Below, piece after piece: positions 26,949 to 36,986 of a DNA stretch of 64,000 nt; the stretch's first letter is position 1; every line of letters starts with the position of its first letter. Source of the DNA: an uncultured Alphaproteobacteria bacterium (lineage in GTDB: Bacteria > Pseudomonadota > Alphaproteobacteria > HIMB59 > GCA-002718135). The position numbers and the translations under genes were made by a program. The notes beneath the pieces are model-generated. The model was not told where the DNA came from. It worked only from the letters and a program-made list of their open reading frames with translations, and ran no database searches. The DNA lies in the NCBI GenBank assembly GCA_902515745.1, contig CABXWB010000006.1, positions 23,117-87,116 on the forward strand, written 5' to 3'.

Positions 26949-27869
26949 TTATAATTTATATTTTTTCTTTAATTCTAGCAAATCTATTAAGAAATTATCT
27001 CTTATGTTACTTAAATCTTTTATAGAATGATTCTTTGATTGTTTTTTTGTTCCTTTGATGATTTTTTGTTTAAGTTTTTTTGTTAGTTCTGGAGATTTCA
27101 GTTTAGTCCATGGAAGTTTCAATGCTGGTCCAAATTGATCTAACATGTGTTTCATGCCCATTTCTCCTCCAGCTAGATGAAATGTAAGAAAAGTTCCCAT
27201 TAGAGCCCACCTCATACCAGGACCATAGGTAATCGCTTCATCTAAATCTTTTGTTGAAGCAAATCCATCATTTACAATATGTAATCCTTCTCTCCACAGA
27301 GCTTCTTGTAATCTATCTGATAAAAAGCCCGGCAATTCTTTTTCTACCAGCAATGTTTTCATTTTAATTTTTTGATAAAATTTTTTTGCTCTATTAAGAT
27401 ATAAATTTGTAGTTTTTTTACCTTTTACAATCTCAACCAATGGGAGAATATATACAGGGTTAAAGGGATGAGCTATGATTAATCTTTTTGGATTAATACA
27501 TTTCGATTGTAAATCTGATGGAAGTAGGCCAGATGAACTAGAAGCAATTATTGAATTTTTGGGTGCATATTTACTTATATTTTTTATAACATTTTTTTTT
27601 AAAGATAGTCGTTCAGGTACATTTTCCTGAATTAAATCTGCATTTTTCACTGCTTCCTCAATATTGTCTGCGATTTCCAAATTTTTGAAATTGACCTTTG
27701 TATTATATAATTTTTTTATAATTAAGTTTGTTCTTGTTATTTCATCTTTTAGAAAATTTAATTGCTGAGAATTTTTATCAAATGCTTTGACTTTTATACC
27801 ATTAGCGAGAAATCTAAGTATCCAGCCGGCACCAATTACACCAGTTCCAATGACAGCAATATTTTTCAA
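26949..27869 (-). CDS. cdhA: L-carnitine dehydrogenase (3-hydroxyacyl-CoA dehydrogenase family)
   Basis: GTGVIGAGW, QENVPER, HPFNPVYILPLVE, HLAGGEMGMKHML.QFGPALKLPWTKL; adjacent to BKACE and thioesterase genes. Confidence 0.88.
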   Translation of the reverse strand: MKNIAVIGTGVIGAGWILRFLANGIKVKAFDKNSQQLNFLKDEITRTNLIIKKLYNTKVNFKNLEIADNIEEAVKNADLIQENVPERLSLKKNVIKNISKYAPKNSIIASSSSGLLPSDLQSKCINPKRLIIAHPFNPVYILPLVEIVKGKKTTNLYLNRAKKFYQKIKMKTLLVEKELPGFLSDRLQEALWREGLHIVNDGFASTKDLDEAITYGPGMRWALMGTFLTFHLAGGEMGMKHMLDQFGPALKLPWTKLKSPELTKKLKQKIIKGTKKQSKNHSIKDLSNIRDNFLIDLLELKKKYKL

Positions 27870-27870
27870 A

Positions 27871-28761
27871 TTAAAAATGTTTTTTTAGTTTTAATTTCTC
27901 TCTTGTCTGTTGCGGGGATAATATAGACGCTCCCATATCTTCAACAATACATCTTGCCTTTTCAACCAACTGTGCATTTGATGCAAAAACTCCTTTTTTT
28001 AAATAAAGATTATCCTCCAGTCCTACACGAACATTTCCTCCCAAAATAACTGCTTGTGCAGCCATAGGCATTTGCGATCTTCCTATTCCAAATCCAGACC
28101 AAATACCTTCAGAAGGTACCATTTCAGCCATAGCTTTCATTGCGCTCGTAGTTGCAGGTGATCCCCAAGGTATGCCAAGGCATATTTGATAAAAAGGAGG
28201 GCCATCAATTAAACCTTCTTTATAAAGTTGATTAGCAAACCATAAATGACCCATTTCAAAAGCTTCCATTTCTGGTTTCACTCCTAGCTCCTGCATTTTT
28301 TTTGCTGCAGTTCTTAGTTGTATCGGTGTATGAATAAATGTCATGTTTGAGTCACCAAAATTTAGTGATCCGCAGTCTAAAGTACAAATTTCAGGTAATA
28401 ACTCTTCAACATGTTCTAATCTGCTTAATGCATGGATCATATCTGTATTTGCTCCCACTGGATTTAAAGGATCTTTACCTGATCCAACTTCAAAATCACC
28501 ACCCATACCTGTAGTAAAATTTAAAACTACATCAGTTTCAGAAGAGCGAATTCTATCTGCCACTTCTTTATAATAATTTAAATTTCTAGAAGGTTTGCCA
28601 TCAGGTTCCCTTACATGTACATGAGCTATTGCTGCACCCGCTTTGGCAGCTTCAATTGAAGCATCAGCAATTTGTTTTGGCGTTATAGGTAATTCAGGAT
28701 GTTTACCTGCTGTATCTCCTGATCCAGTTACGGCACACGAAATTATTACTTCATTATTCAT
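27871..28761 (-). CDS. cdhC: Beta-keto acid cleavage enzyme (BKACE/DUF849), probably cleaving 3-dehydrocarnitine
   Basis: [35 protein letters not shown] and RVGLEDN motifs; carnitine gene context. Confidence 0.85.
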   Translation of the reverse strand: MNNEVIISCAVTGSGDTAGKHPELPITPKQIADASIEAAKAGAAIAHVHVREPDGKPSRNLNYYKEVADRIRSSETDVVLNFTTGMGGDFEVGSGKDPLNPVGANTDMIHALSRLEHVEELLPEICTLDCGSLNFGDSNMTFIHTPIQLRTAAKKMQELGVKPEMEAFEMGHLWFANQLYKEGLIDGPPFYQICLGIPWGSPATTSAMKAMAEMVPSEGIWSGFGIGRSQMPMAAQAVILGGNVRVGLEDNLYLKKGVFASNAQLVEKARCIVEDMGASILSPQQTREKLKLKKHF

Positions 28762-28803
28762 TATTTTAAACTACTATATTTTTTGAATTAATAAAGAAAA
28801 ACA

Positions 28804-29271
28804 ATGAAGATATATTTAAATTCAGGAAGAGTTAAAAAGGAATGGACCGATTACAATGGTCATATGAATTTGGCATTTTATATTCATCTTTTTGATGCTG
28901 GATGGGAAGTTCTTTTACAAAAATTTAATATGGGAGAAGCTTCTGCAAAAACAGAGAAGAAAACTACTTTTGCCGTAGAGTCACACACAACTTATGACAA
29001 AGAGGTGAAAGAGAGCGATGAAGTAGATATTAATTTATTATTTCTTGATAGGGATAAAAAAAGATTAATTTATAAATTAGAAATGACACATAAGCTTGAA
29101 GGTTATAGAGCAGCAACAACAGAGGTTTGTTCTTTGTATGTTGATTTAAATGTTAGAAAAGTTTCTGAATTAGAATTAGAAAAGCAAAAAGATATAGATA
29201 AATTTATTCAGGAAAATAAAAATAACTTTGATCCAGGTGACCTTACTCTAATCAACAAGCTAAAAAAATAA
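28804..29271 (+). CDS. cdhB: Hot-dog fold thioesterase, probably betainyl-CoA thioesterase
   Basis: EWTDYNGHMN motif; divergent from the BKACE gene. Confidence 0.78.
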   Translation: MKIYLNSGRVKKEWTDYNGHMNLAFYIHLFDAGWEVLLQKFNMGEASAKTEKKTTFAVESHTTYDKEVKESDEVDINLLFLDRDKKRLIYKLEMTHKLEGYRAATTEVCSLYVDLNVRKVSELELEKQKDIDKFIQENKNNFDPGDLTLINKLKK

Positions 29272-29835
29272 TTATAAATTTCTATAAGGTGTTCTGTTAA
29301 ATATTCTTTGAACCATTGGTACAAATTCTTTTAGAGGAATTGTATCATAATTTGGATCAAATGATGCTTGATCCCATCTTTCACAAAAATCTATAGTGTA
29401 TTTAAAGAATTCATGACCTTTGAATTTATCTCTTAGGTTTCTATCTTTTCCATAATAATGATTATAGTAGTAGGCTTGAAATAAACCGTGTTGTTCTACA
29501 ATCCATCTTGTTTTTTCAGAAACAAAAGGTTTTAATACTGCAGCTGCAAGCTCAGAATGATTCAGAGGTGCGATTTCATCACCTATATCATGCAATAAGG
29601 AAGCTACCACCATTTCTTCAGAAGCTTGTTCACGTAACGCTCTTGATGCAGTTTGAAGAGAGTGTTCTAATCTAGATACCTTATAGCCACCTAAAGAATT
29701 GTCTAAACTTTCTAGTACTCTTACTATTCTATCAGCAGTACCTTCAATAAATTTATCTTCAAAATTAGCAAGAAGTTCATAATCCTCTTTATCACCATGT
29801 TTCATTTCATTGAATTTTACTTCATCTTTAGACAT
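29272..29835 (-). CDS. HD-domain protein, PhnZ/TmpB-like diiron oxygenase superfamily
   Basis: LEHSLQTA, LLHDIG, NH, QHG and WD ligand pattern; start may be 29835 or 29850. Confidence 0.8.
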   Translation of the reverse strand: MSKDEVKFNEMKHGDKEDYELLANFEDKFIEGTADRIVRVLESLDNSLGGYKVSRLEHSLQTASRALREQASEEMVVASLLHDIGDEIAPLNHSELAAAVLKPFVSEKTRWIVEQHGLFQAYYYNHYYGKDRNLRDKFKGHEFFKYTIDFCERWDQASFDPNYDTIPLKEFVPMVQRIFNRTPYRNL

Positions 29836-29863
29836 GAAATAATTATACATATTTTTAAATTTT

Positions 29864-30847
29864 ATGAAACTAATTCCTGAATGGTATGAACACCAATATT
29901 GTTTGATTGCTTGGCCATGTAATAAAGATCTTTATGGTAATATTATTAATAAGGCTAGAGATGAAGTTGCAAATGTAATTAATGAAATTGCAAAAACTGA
30001 GCATGTTATTGTGTTGTCAAATAAAGAGGACATTAATGAAATTGTAAATAAAACTGATCATAAAAATATAAATATTGTAGAATGTAAATTAGATGATTCT
30101 TGGATGCGAGATATTGCACCAATTTTTTATAACGAAGATGAAAAATTAAAATCAATTAGTTTTGAATTTAATGGTTATGGAAAGTATCCAGATTATTTAA
30201 ATGATAATAAAATATCAAAATTTATTTCAAACTATTTAAATATCCCAACAAAAATTTCTGACTTAGTTATTGAAGGAGGGGCAATAACTTATGATGATAA
30301 AAAAAATTTATTTAGCACTAAAAATGTAATATTTAATAAAAATAGAAAACAAAAACATAATAGTGAATATATTATTAAAGAATTAAAGCTCTTGTTTGAT
30401 TTAAATTATATTTTTTTATTTGAAAATGGATTAATAGAGGATGATACAGATGGTCATGTAGATAATTTATTATGCCCCATAGGAAAAAATAAATATTTAA
30501 TTACTACAACTCACAAATTAGATCCTAATTATGAAATATTAGAAAAAAACAAAGATGATCTTATTAAATTTTTTAAAAATACTAATCAGACATTTGATTT
30601 AATTGAAGTTCCTTTACCTACAAGAAAAAAAATTAATAATAAGAATATTATTAGCTCATATATAAATTTCTATTTCAGTAAAAATAAAATTATCTTACCT
30701 AAATTCAATGTTAAGGAAGACAATGAGGTAAAATTAACTTTTGAAAAGTTATTCCCAAATCGAGAAATTATAATGTTAGAAACAGAAAATATAAATTATG
30801 GTGGAGGAAATATTCATTGTTTAACAATGAATGTACCAAAGATATGA
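29864..30847 (+). CDS. aguA: Agmatine deiminase
   Basis: PEW, WMRD, EGG, DTDGHVDN and GGGNIHCLT motifs. Confidence 0.9.
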   Translation: MKLIPEWYEHQYCLIAWPCNKDLYGNIINKARDEVANVINEIAKTEHVIVLSNKEDINEIVNKTDHKNINIVECKLDDSWMRDIAPIFYNEDEKLKSISFEFNGYGKYPDYLNDNKISKFISNYLNIPTKISDLVIEGGAITYDDKKNLFSTKNVIFNKNRKQKHNSEYIIKELKLLFDLNYIFLFENGLIEDDTDGHVDNLLCPIGKNKYLITTTHKLDPNYEILEKNKDDLIKFFKNTNQTFDLIEVPLPTRKKINNKNIISSYINFYFSKNKIILPKFNVKEDNEVKLTFEKLFPNREIIMLETENINYGGGNIHCLTMNVPKI

Positions 30848-31701
30848 AAGTAAAAGTAGCAACATCACAATTTAAGGCTTTTAAGGGGGACTTTGACGCT
30901 AATTTAAATAAAGCAATTAGTTTAGTTGAAAAAGCTTCAAATGAAAATGTTGATATTTTACTTTTGCAAGAATTATTTCAAGATTATTATTTTTGTTCAA
31001 CTAAAAATGATAAATTTTTTGATCTTGCAATTGATTTTCCTTCTCATCCAATGTTCGAAAAATTATCTAATATTTGTAAAGATAAAAAGATTTCATTACC
31101 AATTAGTTTTTTTCAAAAAAAAGAAAATAAGTTTTTTAACTCTCTAGTTATGATTGATTATTTTGGAAAAATAAGTGAAGTTTATAATAAATCTCACATC
31201 CCTGAAGGGCCTGGATATAATGAGAAGTATTATTTTGAAAAAGGCAACACAGGTTTTATGGTATTTGACACCCCTCTAGCAAAAGTTGGCTGTGCGATTT
31301 GTTGGGATCAGTGGTTTCCTGAATGCGCAAGAATACTAACGTTGAAGGGTGCAGATTTAATTTTATATCCATCAGCAATTGGTTCTGAGCCACACATGCC
31401 TGAATTAAATTCAAAAGATCATTGGATTAACACAATGGTAGGACATGCTGCAGCAAATCAAATCCCTATAATAACTTCGAATAGAATAGGGAAGGAGATC
31501 GAAGCTGATATTGAATTAAATTTTTATGGTAATTCTTTTATATTGGATCATCTTGGAAATGTAATAAATCGTATGAATGATAGGGATGAGGGAATAATAA
31601 CTGCGACTTTAGATTTGTTAATTTCTAGAGAATATAGAAAATTATGGGGTAATTTTAGAGACAGAAGACCTGATCTATATAAAAAAATTCTCGATTTTTA
31701 A
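30844..31701 (+). CDS. aguB: N-carbamoylputrescine amidase
   Basis: LQELF, KSHIP.GPGY.EK, ICWDQWFPE and AIGSEP motifs; ATGA overlap with aguA supports start 30844. Confidence 0.92.
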   Translation: MKVKVATSQFKAFKGDFDANLNKAISLVEKASNENVDILLLQELFQDYYFCSTKNDKFFDLAIDFPSHPMFEKLSNICKDKKISLPISFFQKKENKFFNSLVMIDYFGKISEVYNKSHIPEGPGYNEKYYFEKGNTGFMVFDTPLAKVGCAICWDQWFPECARILTLKGADLILYPSAIGSEPHMPELNSKDHWINTMVGHAAANQIPIITSNRIGKEIEADIELNFYGNSFILDHLGNVINRMNDRDEGIITATLDLLISREYRKLWGNFRDRRPDLYKKILDF

Positions 31702-31741
31702 TTTATTTTATTTAATGTAATTTTTATTTAGGAGGGGAATA

Positions 31742-32788
31742 ATGCTTAAGTATTTTATATCTCTATTTGTTTTAATTTCTTTTTCAGCTCAGGCTAAAGA
31801 AGAATTATTTATTTACAATTGGTCTGACTACATTGCCGAAGATACAATTGAAAATTTTGAAAATGAATTTGGCATTGATGTAACTTATGATGTTTTTGAT
31901 TCAAATGAGGTTCTTGAAGCTAAACTTTTAGCTGGCGGGTCTGGTTATGATATTGTTGTGCCTTCAGGTTCTTTTTTAGAAAACCAAATCAAGGCTGGAG
32001 TTTTTCAAAAACTTGATAAATCTGAATTATCGAACTTAGGAAATTTAGATCCAGAAGTTTTATTAAAGATAGACGCACATGATCCAGGCGGTCAGTATTC
32101 AGTAAACTATATGTATGGCACAACTGGCATTGGTTACAATACTGATAAGGTTGATGAAGATGAGGTTACTAGTTGGAGCGTTTTATTTGATCCAGCTATA
32201 GCTTCTAAATATGAAGATTGTGGTATAGCAATGTTAGATGCACCATCTGAAGTAATGGAAATTGCCTTAAAATATGTAGGTAAAGATCCTAACACTGAAG
32301 ACGAAAATGATTATAAGGCTGCTCTTTCAATGTTACAGGAAATTAGACCTTTCATTAGGTATTTTGATTCCTCTCAATATATAGATGATCTTGCTAATGG
32401 TGAAATTTGTCTAGCTATGGGATGGTCAGGTGATGTTTTTATCGCTGCTTACGAAGAAATAGAACCAGTTTGGTATTCTATTCCTTCAGAGGGAACTGTA
32501 ATTTGGTTTGATATGATGGCAATTCCAGCTGATGCAAAAAATGTTTTAAATGCTCATAAGTTTATAAATTATATTTTACGCCCTGAAGTTGCTGCAGATA
32601 TTACTAACTATGTTTGGTATTCTAATCCAAACAAAGCAGCTAATGAGCTAGTTGATCCAGAAATTTTAGGAGACCCAGCTATTTATCCAGATGAAGCAAC
32701 TTTAAGTATGCTATTTGCTGATACTGCTGACTCACCTAAAAAAGCACAATTATCAACTAAATATTTTAATAAATTTAAATCAAATTAA
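31742..32788 (+). CDS. potF: Polyamine ABC substrate-binding protein (PotF/SpuD-like)
   Basis: Signal peptide; YNWSDYI, DSNEVLEAKL and GWSGD motifs; AGGAGG Shine-Dalgarno. Confidence 0.9.
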   Translation: MLKYFISLFVLISFSAQAKEELFIYNWSDYIAEDTIENFENEFGIDVTYDVFDSNEVLEAKLLAGGSGYDIVVPSGSFLENQIKAGVFQKLDKSELSNLGNLDPEVLLKIDAHDPGGQYSVNYMYGTTGIGYNTDKVDEDEVTSWSVLFDPAIASKYEDCGIAMLDAPSEVMEIALKYVGKDPNTEDENDYKAALSMLQEIRPFIRYFDSSQYIDDLANGEICLAMGWSGDVFIAAYEEIEPVWYSIPSEGTVIWFDMMAIPADAKNVLNAHKFINYILRPEVAADITNYVWYSNPNKAANELVDPEILGDPAIYPDEATLSMLFADTADSPKKAQLSTKYFNKFKSN

Positions 32789-32803
32789 AAAATATACTTC
32801 ATT

Positions 32804-32833
32804 TCAGCACTAATATATTAATATTAGTGCTGA
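32804..32833 (+). terminator. Hairpin between binding-protein and ATPase genes (attenuator or mRNA stabiliser)
   Basis: TCAGCACTAATAT-ATTA-ATATTAGTGCTGA, 13-bp perfect stem. Confidence 0.7.
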
Positions 32834-32839
32834 TTTAAG

Positions 32840-33907
32840 ATGGATAAAAATTTTCTTGTAATTGAAAATATCTCTAAATCCTTTGGAGATAACAAAGTTT
32901 TAGAAAATATTAATTTAAATATTTCAAAATCTGAATTTTTTGGTCTCTTAGGATCTTCGGGTTCAGGCAAAACTACCTTACTAAGAATACTAGGTGGATT
33001 TGAGAAACCAGATACAGGACGTGTAATACTCGACGGAACGGACATAACAAACCTTGAGCCTTTTGACAGACCATTAAATTATATGTTTCAATCGTATGCT
33101 CTATTTCCTCACTTAAACGTATTTAATAATTTAGCTTTTGGAATAAAAGAAAATTTTACCCAAAAAGAAATTGAAATAAACGTAAGAAATATTGCCGAAC
33201 TTTTATCTATTGAAGATTTATTAAATAGAAGAATTAAGCAATTATCAGGGGGAGAGCAGCAACGAGTTGCTCTTGGAAGGTGCTTAATAAAAAAACCTAA
33301 GTTATTATTATTAGATGAGCCTCTTGCAGCACTAGATAAAAAACTAAGATCAAAAACGCAATTAGAGTTAACAACACTCCAAAAGAAACTAAAAATTACA
33401 TTTGTTTTTGTCACCCATGATCAGGAAGAAGCAATGTCCTTATCTGATAGAATGGCAATAATGAAGAATGGTCTTATTTTGGAATGCTCTAGCCCTGAAG
33501 AGATTTATGAAAATCCTAAAAGTCTTTATACTGCCAATTTTATAGGAATTGCAAATATAATTGAGATTTATAAGAAAGATGAAAATTTTTATTCTGATGA
33601 TTTAGGTATAAATTTTAAATTAAACAAAGAATTAAAAAATACAAAAACTAATATTTTACTAAGACCAGAGAAAATAAAAATACAATCAATAAATAATTTG
33701 AAAACAAGTTCATTTAATTCCTTTAGTGGAGAAATTTTAGAAAAATCATATTTGGGAAGTTTTACACGTTATGAAATTAAAATTAAAAATATGATAATTT
33801 CAGTTTTAGATCAGAATTTTAACTCCAGCTCAAATTATAATTTCCCAAAAGGGGAGAAAGTCATTTGTAGTTGGGAAAGTGAATCAATCAAGGTTTTAGA
33901 GGATTAA
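32840..33907 (+). CDS. potG: Polyamine ABC ATPase
   Basis: GSSGSGKT, FQSYALFPHL, LSGG and THDQEEA motifs. Confidence 0.88.
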   Translation: MDKNFLVIENISKSFGDNKVLENINLNISKSEFFGLLGSSGSGKTTLLRILGGFEKPDTGRVILDGTDITNLEPFDRPLNYMFQSYALFPHLNVFNNLAFGIKENFTQKEIEINVRNIAELLSIEDLLNRRIKQLSGGEQQRVALGRCLIKKPKLLLLDEPLAALDKKLRSKTQLELTTLQKKLKITFVFVTHDQEEAMSLSDRMAIMKNGLILECSSPEEIYENPKSLYTANFIGIANIIEIYKKDENFYSDDLGINFKLNKELKNTKTNILLRPEKIKIQSINNLKTSSFNSFSGEILEKSYLGSFTRYEIKIKNMIISVLDQNFNSSSNYNFPKGEKVICSWESESIKVLED

Positions 33908-34795
33908 TTGAAAAATAAATTATTTGAAAAATATTTTGTTTTTAGTCCTTATTTTTGGCTTGTTCTATTTTTTTTTATACCATTAGCTATAATTTTTAAA
34001 ATATCAATTTCGGTATCAGAATGGGGTATGCCTCCTTATCAAGATATTTTTCTTTTTGATAATGGATTTAAGATCAATACTACATTTGAAAACTATGTTT
34101 ATATATTTAGTGATTATTACTACATTGGATCTTTTGTAAACTCTTTGATACTAGCTCTAATATCTACTTTTTTTTGTTTACTTATTGGTTTCCCATTAGC
34201 TTTTTATATTGCGACTTCAAATATCAGATTAAGAAATATCCTATTAGTTTTAGTAGTTATTCCATTTTGGTCATCATTTTTATTAAGAGTATATGCATGG
34301 AAAATAATTTTACAGAATAATGGAATTTTAAATGTAATACTTCTAAACTTAGGTATAATTTCAGAGCCACTTCAATTATTATACAATCAATATGCTGTCA
34401 TTATGGGAATTGTATACACTTATTTACCTTTGATGATTTTACCACTCTATGGATACTTAAATAAATTTGATTTAAATTTAATTGAAGCATCAAAAGATTT
34501 AGGACTAAATCGTATTAAAACCTTTTTTAAAGTTATTCTTCCTTTGTCTGTTCCAGGAATTGTTGCTGGATCTTTATTAGTTTTTATACCTGTTGTTGGA
34601 GAATTCATTATACCTGAAATGTTAGGTGGTAGTGATAGATTATATTATGGAAAAATATTATGGGAGGAATTCTTTGTTAATAGAAATTGGCCAGGTGCTA
34701 GTGCTTTAGCTTTTAGTGGAATTATTATTTTGGTTTTGCCAATTGTTATTTTTCAATTACTTTATTCTCGTTGGAGTCAAAAAAATGAAATCTAG
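33908..34795 (+). CDS. potH: Polyamine ABC permease
   Basis: PFWSSFLLRVYAW, EASKDLG and GEFIIPEMLGG motifs. Confidence 0.88.
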   Translation: MKNKLFEKYFVFSPYFWLVLFFFIPLAIIFKISISVSEWGMPPYQDIFLFDNGFKINTTFENYVYIFSDYYYIGSFVNSLILALISTFFCLLIGFPLAFYIATSNIRLRNILLVLVVIPFWSSFLLRVYAWKIILQNNGILNVILLNLGIISEPLQLLYNQYAVIMGIVYTYLPLMILPLYGYLNKFDLNLIEASKDLGLNRIKTFFKVILPLSVPGIVAGSLLVFIPVVGEFIIPEMLGGSDRLYYGKILWEEFFVNRNWPGASALAFSGIIILVLPIVIFQLLYSRWSQKNEI

Positions 34796-35579
34796 CTTAA
34801 TCAAAAGTACAGTTATTTTTTTAGGTTTATTTTTTTTATATTTCCCAATTTTAGTTTTAATTTTTTACTCATTTAATGAAAATAAGAGAGTAATGGTTTG
34901 GAAAGGATTTTCTTTAAGATGGTACAATGAATTATTTAATAATGAACAAATAATTGAGGCATTTATTATTAGTATTAAAATTGCAGCTTTGTCTGCAACT
35001 TTTGCTACAATTTTAGGAGTTATGATCGGATATTCACTTGTAAGAATAAAAAAAATTCCTTTTAAATCATTTTATATTTTTCTTTCTTCAACACCTTTGG
35101 TTTTACCAGAATTAATTTTAGGTCTTTCAATGTTACTTTTTTTTATAAGCTTAAATAATATTATTGGATTTCCATCATCTAGAGGACAATTAACTATTTT
35201 CATATCACACGTTACTTTTTGTATTGCATTTGTCGCAATTATTATTCAAGCAAGATTAACTGACTTTAACAAAAATATTGAGGAAGCTGCGATGGATCTA
35301 GGCTATAATTATACCAAGGTACTCTATAAGATAACTTTACCAATAATTTTGCCTTCTATTATTGCTGGTTGGTTATTGGCATTTACAATTTCTTTAGATG
35401 ATCTAGTTGTTGCGAGTTTTACTACTGGGCCTGGAGCTAACACATTGCCAATTGTAGTTTTTTCTAAAGTTAGATTAGGACTGAGTCCTGAAGTAAACGC
35501 ATTATCAGCAATTTTAATGTTTGCTTTAATAATAATTGGTTTATTTTATTTTTATTTTAATAAAAAATTTAAACATTAA
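34785..35579 (+). CDS. potI: Polyamine ABC permease
   Basis: YSFN, GFSLRWY, EEAAMDLG and SLDD motifs; ATG 34785 preferred over GTG 34716. Confidence 0.88.
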   Translation: MKSSLIKSTVIFLGLFFLYFPILVLIFYSFNENKRVMVWKGFSLRWYNELFNNEQIIEAFIISIKIAALSATFATILGVMIGYSLVRIKKIPFKSFYIFLSSTPLVLPELILGLSMLLFFISLNNIIGFPSSRGQLTIFISHVTFCIAFVAIIIQARLTDFNKNIEEAAMDLGYNYTKVLYKITLPIILPSIIAGWLLAFTISLDDLVVASFTTGPGANTLPIVVFSKVRLGLSPEVNALSAILMFALIIIGLFYFYFNKKFKH

Positions 35580-36936
35580 GTAATAAATATTCTCGCTCCC
35601 AAGAACTTATTACTGATAAATAAGCTTGATACTCAACTCTTCTTATCGCAGCAATTGACCTTACAAATTTTTCATTAAATATGGATTTTATATCCGCATC
35701 ATTTTCAAAGAGAGTTAACGATTCATCCATATTTTTAGGTAGATTAGAATTTTTATCTTTAAATGCACTATCTTTAGTTTCTGGATTTGGTTTTAAATTA
35801 TTTTTCATTCCTAAATATCCTGAAGCTAAATTAGCTGCAAAAACTAGATATGGATTTGTATCAGATCCAGGAATTCTATTTTCAATACGTATATTCCTTT
35901 CCTCAATTGATGGAATTCTAAAACCACAACTTCTATTACCTATTCCCCATTTAACATTTTTAGGAGCACCCCAAGTTGCAAACAATCTTCTAAATGAATT
36001 TATATTTGGAGCGTATATTGGCATTAATAATGGAGTATATTTTTCCAAACCACCTAAATAGTTTTTCATTTTTTTTGAAATTTTAGTTGATTGATTAAAA
36101 AAAATATTTTTATTTTTTTCATTATATATCGATTGATGTATGTGCATTGCGCTACCAGGTTGGTTCTCCATAGGTTTTGCCATAAATGTTGCATGAAGTT
36201 TATGTTTCAAAGCTGACTGTCTTAAAGTTCTTTTAAATAAAAATACCTGGTCTGCTAGATCTAAAGGATCACCATGCTGAAAATTAATTTCCATCTGAGC
36301 TGAGCCAGATTCATGATTAATAGTATCAATTTCAATATTTTGTGCTTCACAATAATTATATACATCCTCAAAAAGATGATCAAATTCGTTAACAGCATCT
36401 ATACCCAAGGCCTGCTTACCTGTTTCTTGTCTACCTGATTGACCCACTGGCACTTCAAGGGGATAATCTGAGTCAGCATTAGGTTTCACTAAATAAAATT
36501 CTAACTCTGGTGAAACAATTGGAGTTAATTTATCTTTTTTATAAAGTTTTAAAATATTTTTTAGAGCATTCCTGCTAGAATTTATAACATCATCTCCGTT
36601 AAGATTTATTGCATCACAGATAATTTGTGCAGTAGGGTCGTCGTACCATGGCACTACTCTCATTGTATCAAAATCTGGTTTTAAAATTACATCAATGTCA
36701 GTTGGATTATAAACACTTCTTGGTAAAGCACCGGCAGAGTCCTCAGTTGCATAATCTCCTGATATCGTTTGAATAAAAGTTGACTGAGGTAATCTGTGAC
36801 TTTCATCTTCCAGTCCTTTTAAAAATTTATTAGTTGGTAAAATTTTTCCCCTTGCTATACCTCCAAGATCTGGAACTAAACATTCAACTTCAGTAATAGA
36901 GTTTTCATGAAACCAATTTTGAAATTTTTCAATCAT
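35569..36936 (-). CDS. Gamma-glutamylpolyamine synthetase (GS family, PuuA/SpuI/PauA-like)
   Basis: RGK, PELEFYL, HESG..Q.EIN.HG, FMAKP, GSAMHIHQS, ENRIPG and SSWEREYLL motifs; polyamine gene context. Confidence 0.85.
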   Translation of the reverse strand: MIEKFQNWFHENSITEVECLVPDLGGIARGKILPTNKFLKGLEDESHRLPQSTFIQTISGDYATEDSAGALPRSVYNPTDIDVILKPDFDTMRVVPWYDDPTAQIICDAINLNGDDVINSSRNALKNILKLYKKDKLTPIVSPELEFYLVKPNADSDYPLEVPVGQSGRQETGKQALGIDAVNEFDHLFEDVYNYCEAQNIEIDTINHESGSAQMEINFQHGDPLDLADQVFLFKRTLRQSALKHKLHATFMAKPMENQPGSAMHIHQSIYNEKNKNIFFNQSTKISKKMKNYLGGLEKYTPLLMPIYAPNINSFRRLFATWGAPKNVKWGIGNRSCGFRIPSIEERNIRIENRIPGSDTNPYLVFAANLASGYLGMKNNLKPNPETKDSAFKDKNSNLPKNMDESLTLFENDADIKSIFNEKFVRSIAAIRRVEYQAYLSVISSWEREYLLLNV

Positions 36937-36986
36937 ATTGAGAGTGTTTGTTTACTAATTATTACTAAACCATTAAAGATAAGTTA

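Noticed and set aside
35569-36936. Housekeeping glutamine synthetase glnA
   Set aside because: It lacks GSI N-terminal motifs such as FDGSS; sequence and context fit a gamma-glutamylpolyamine ligase
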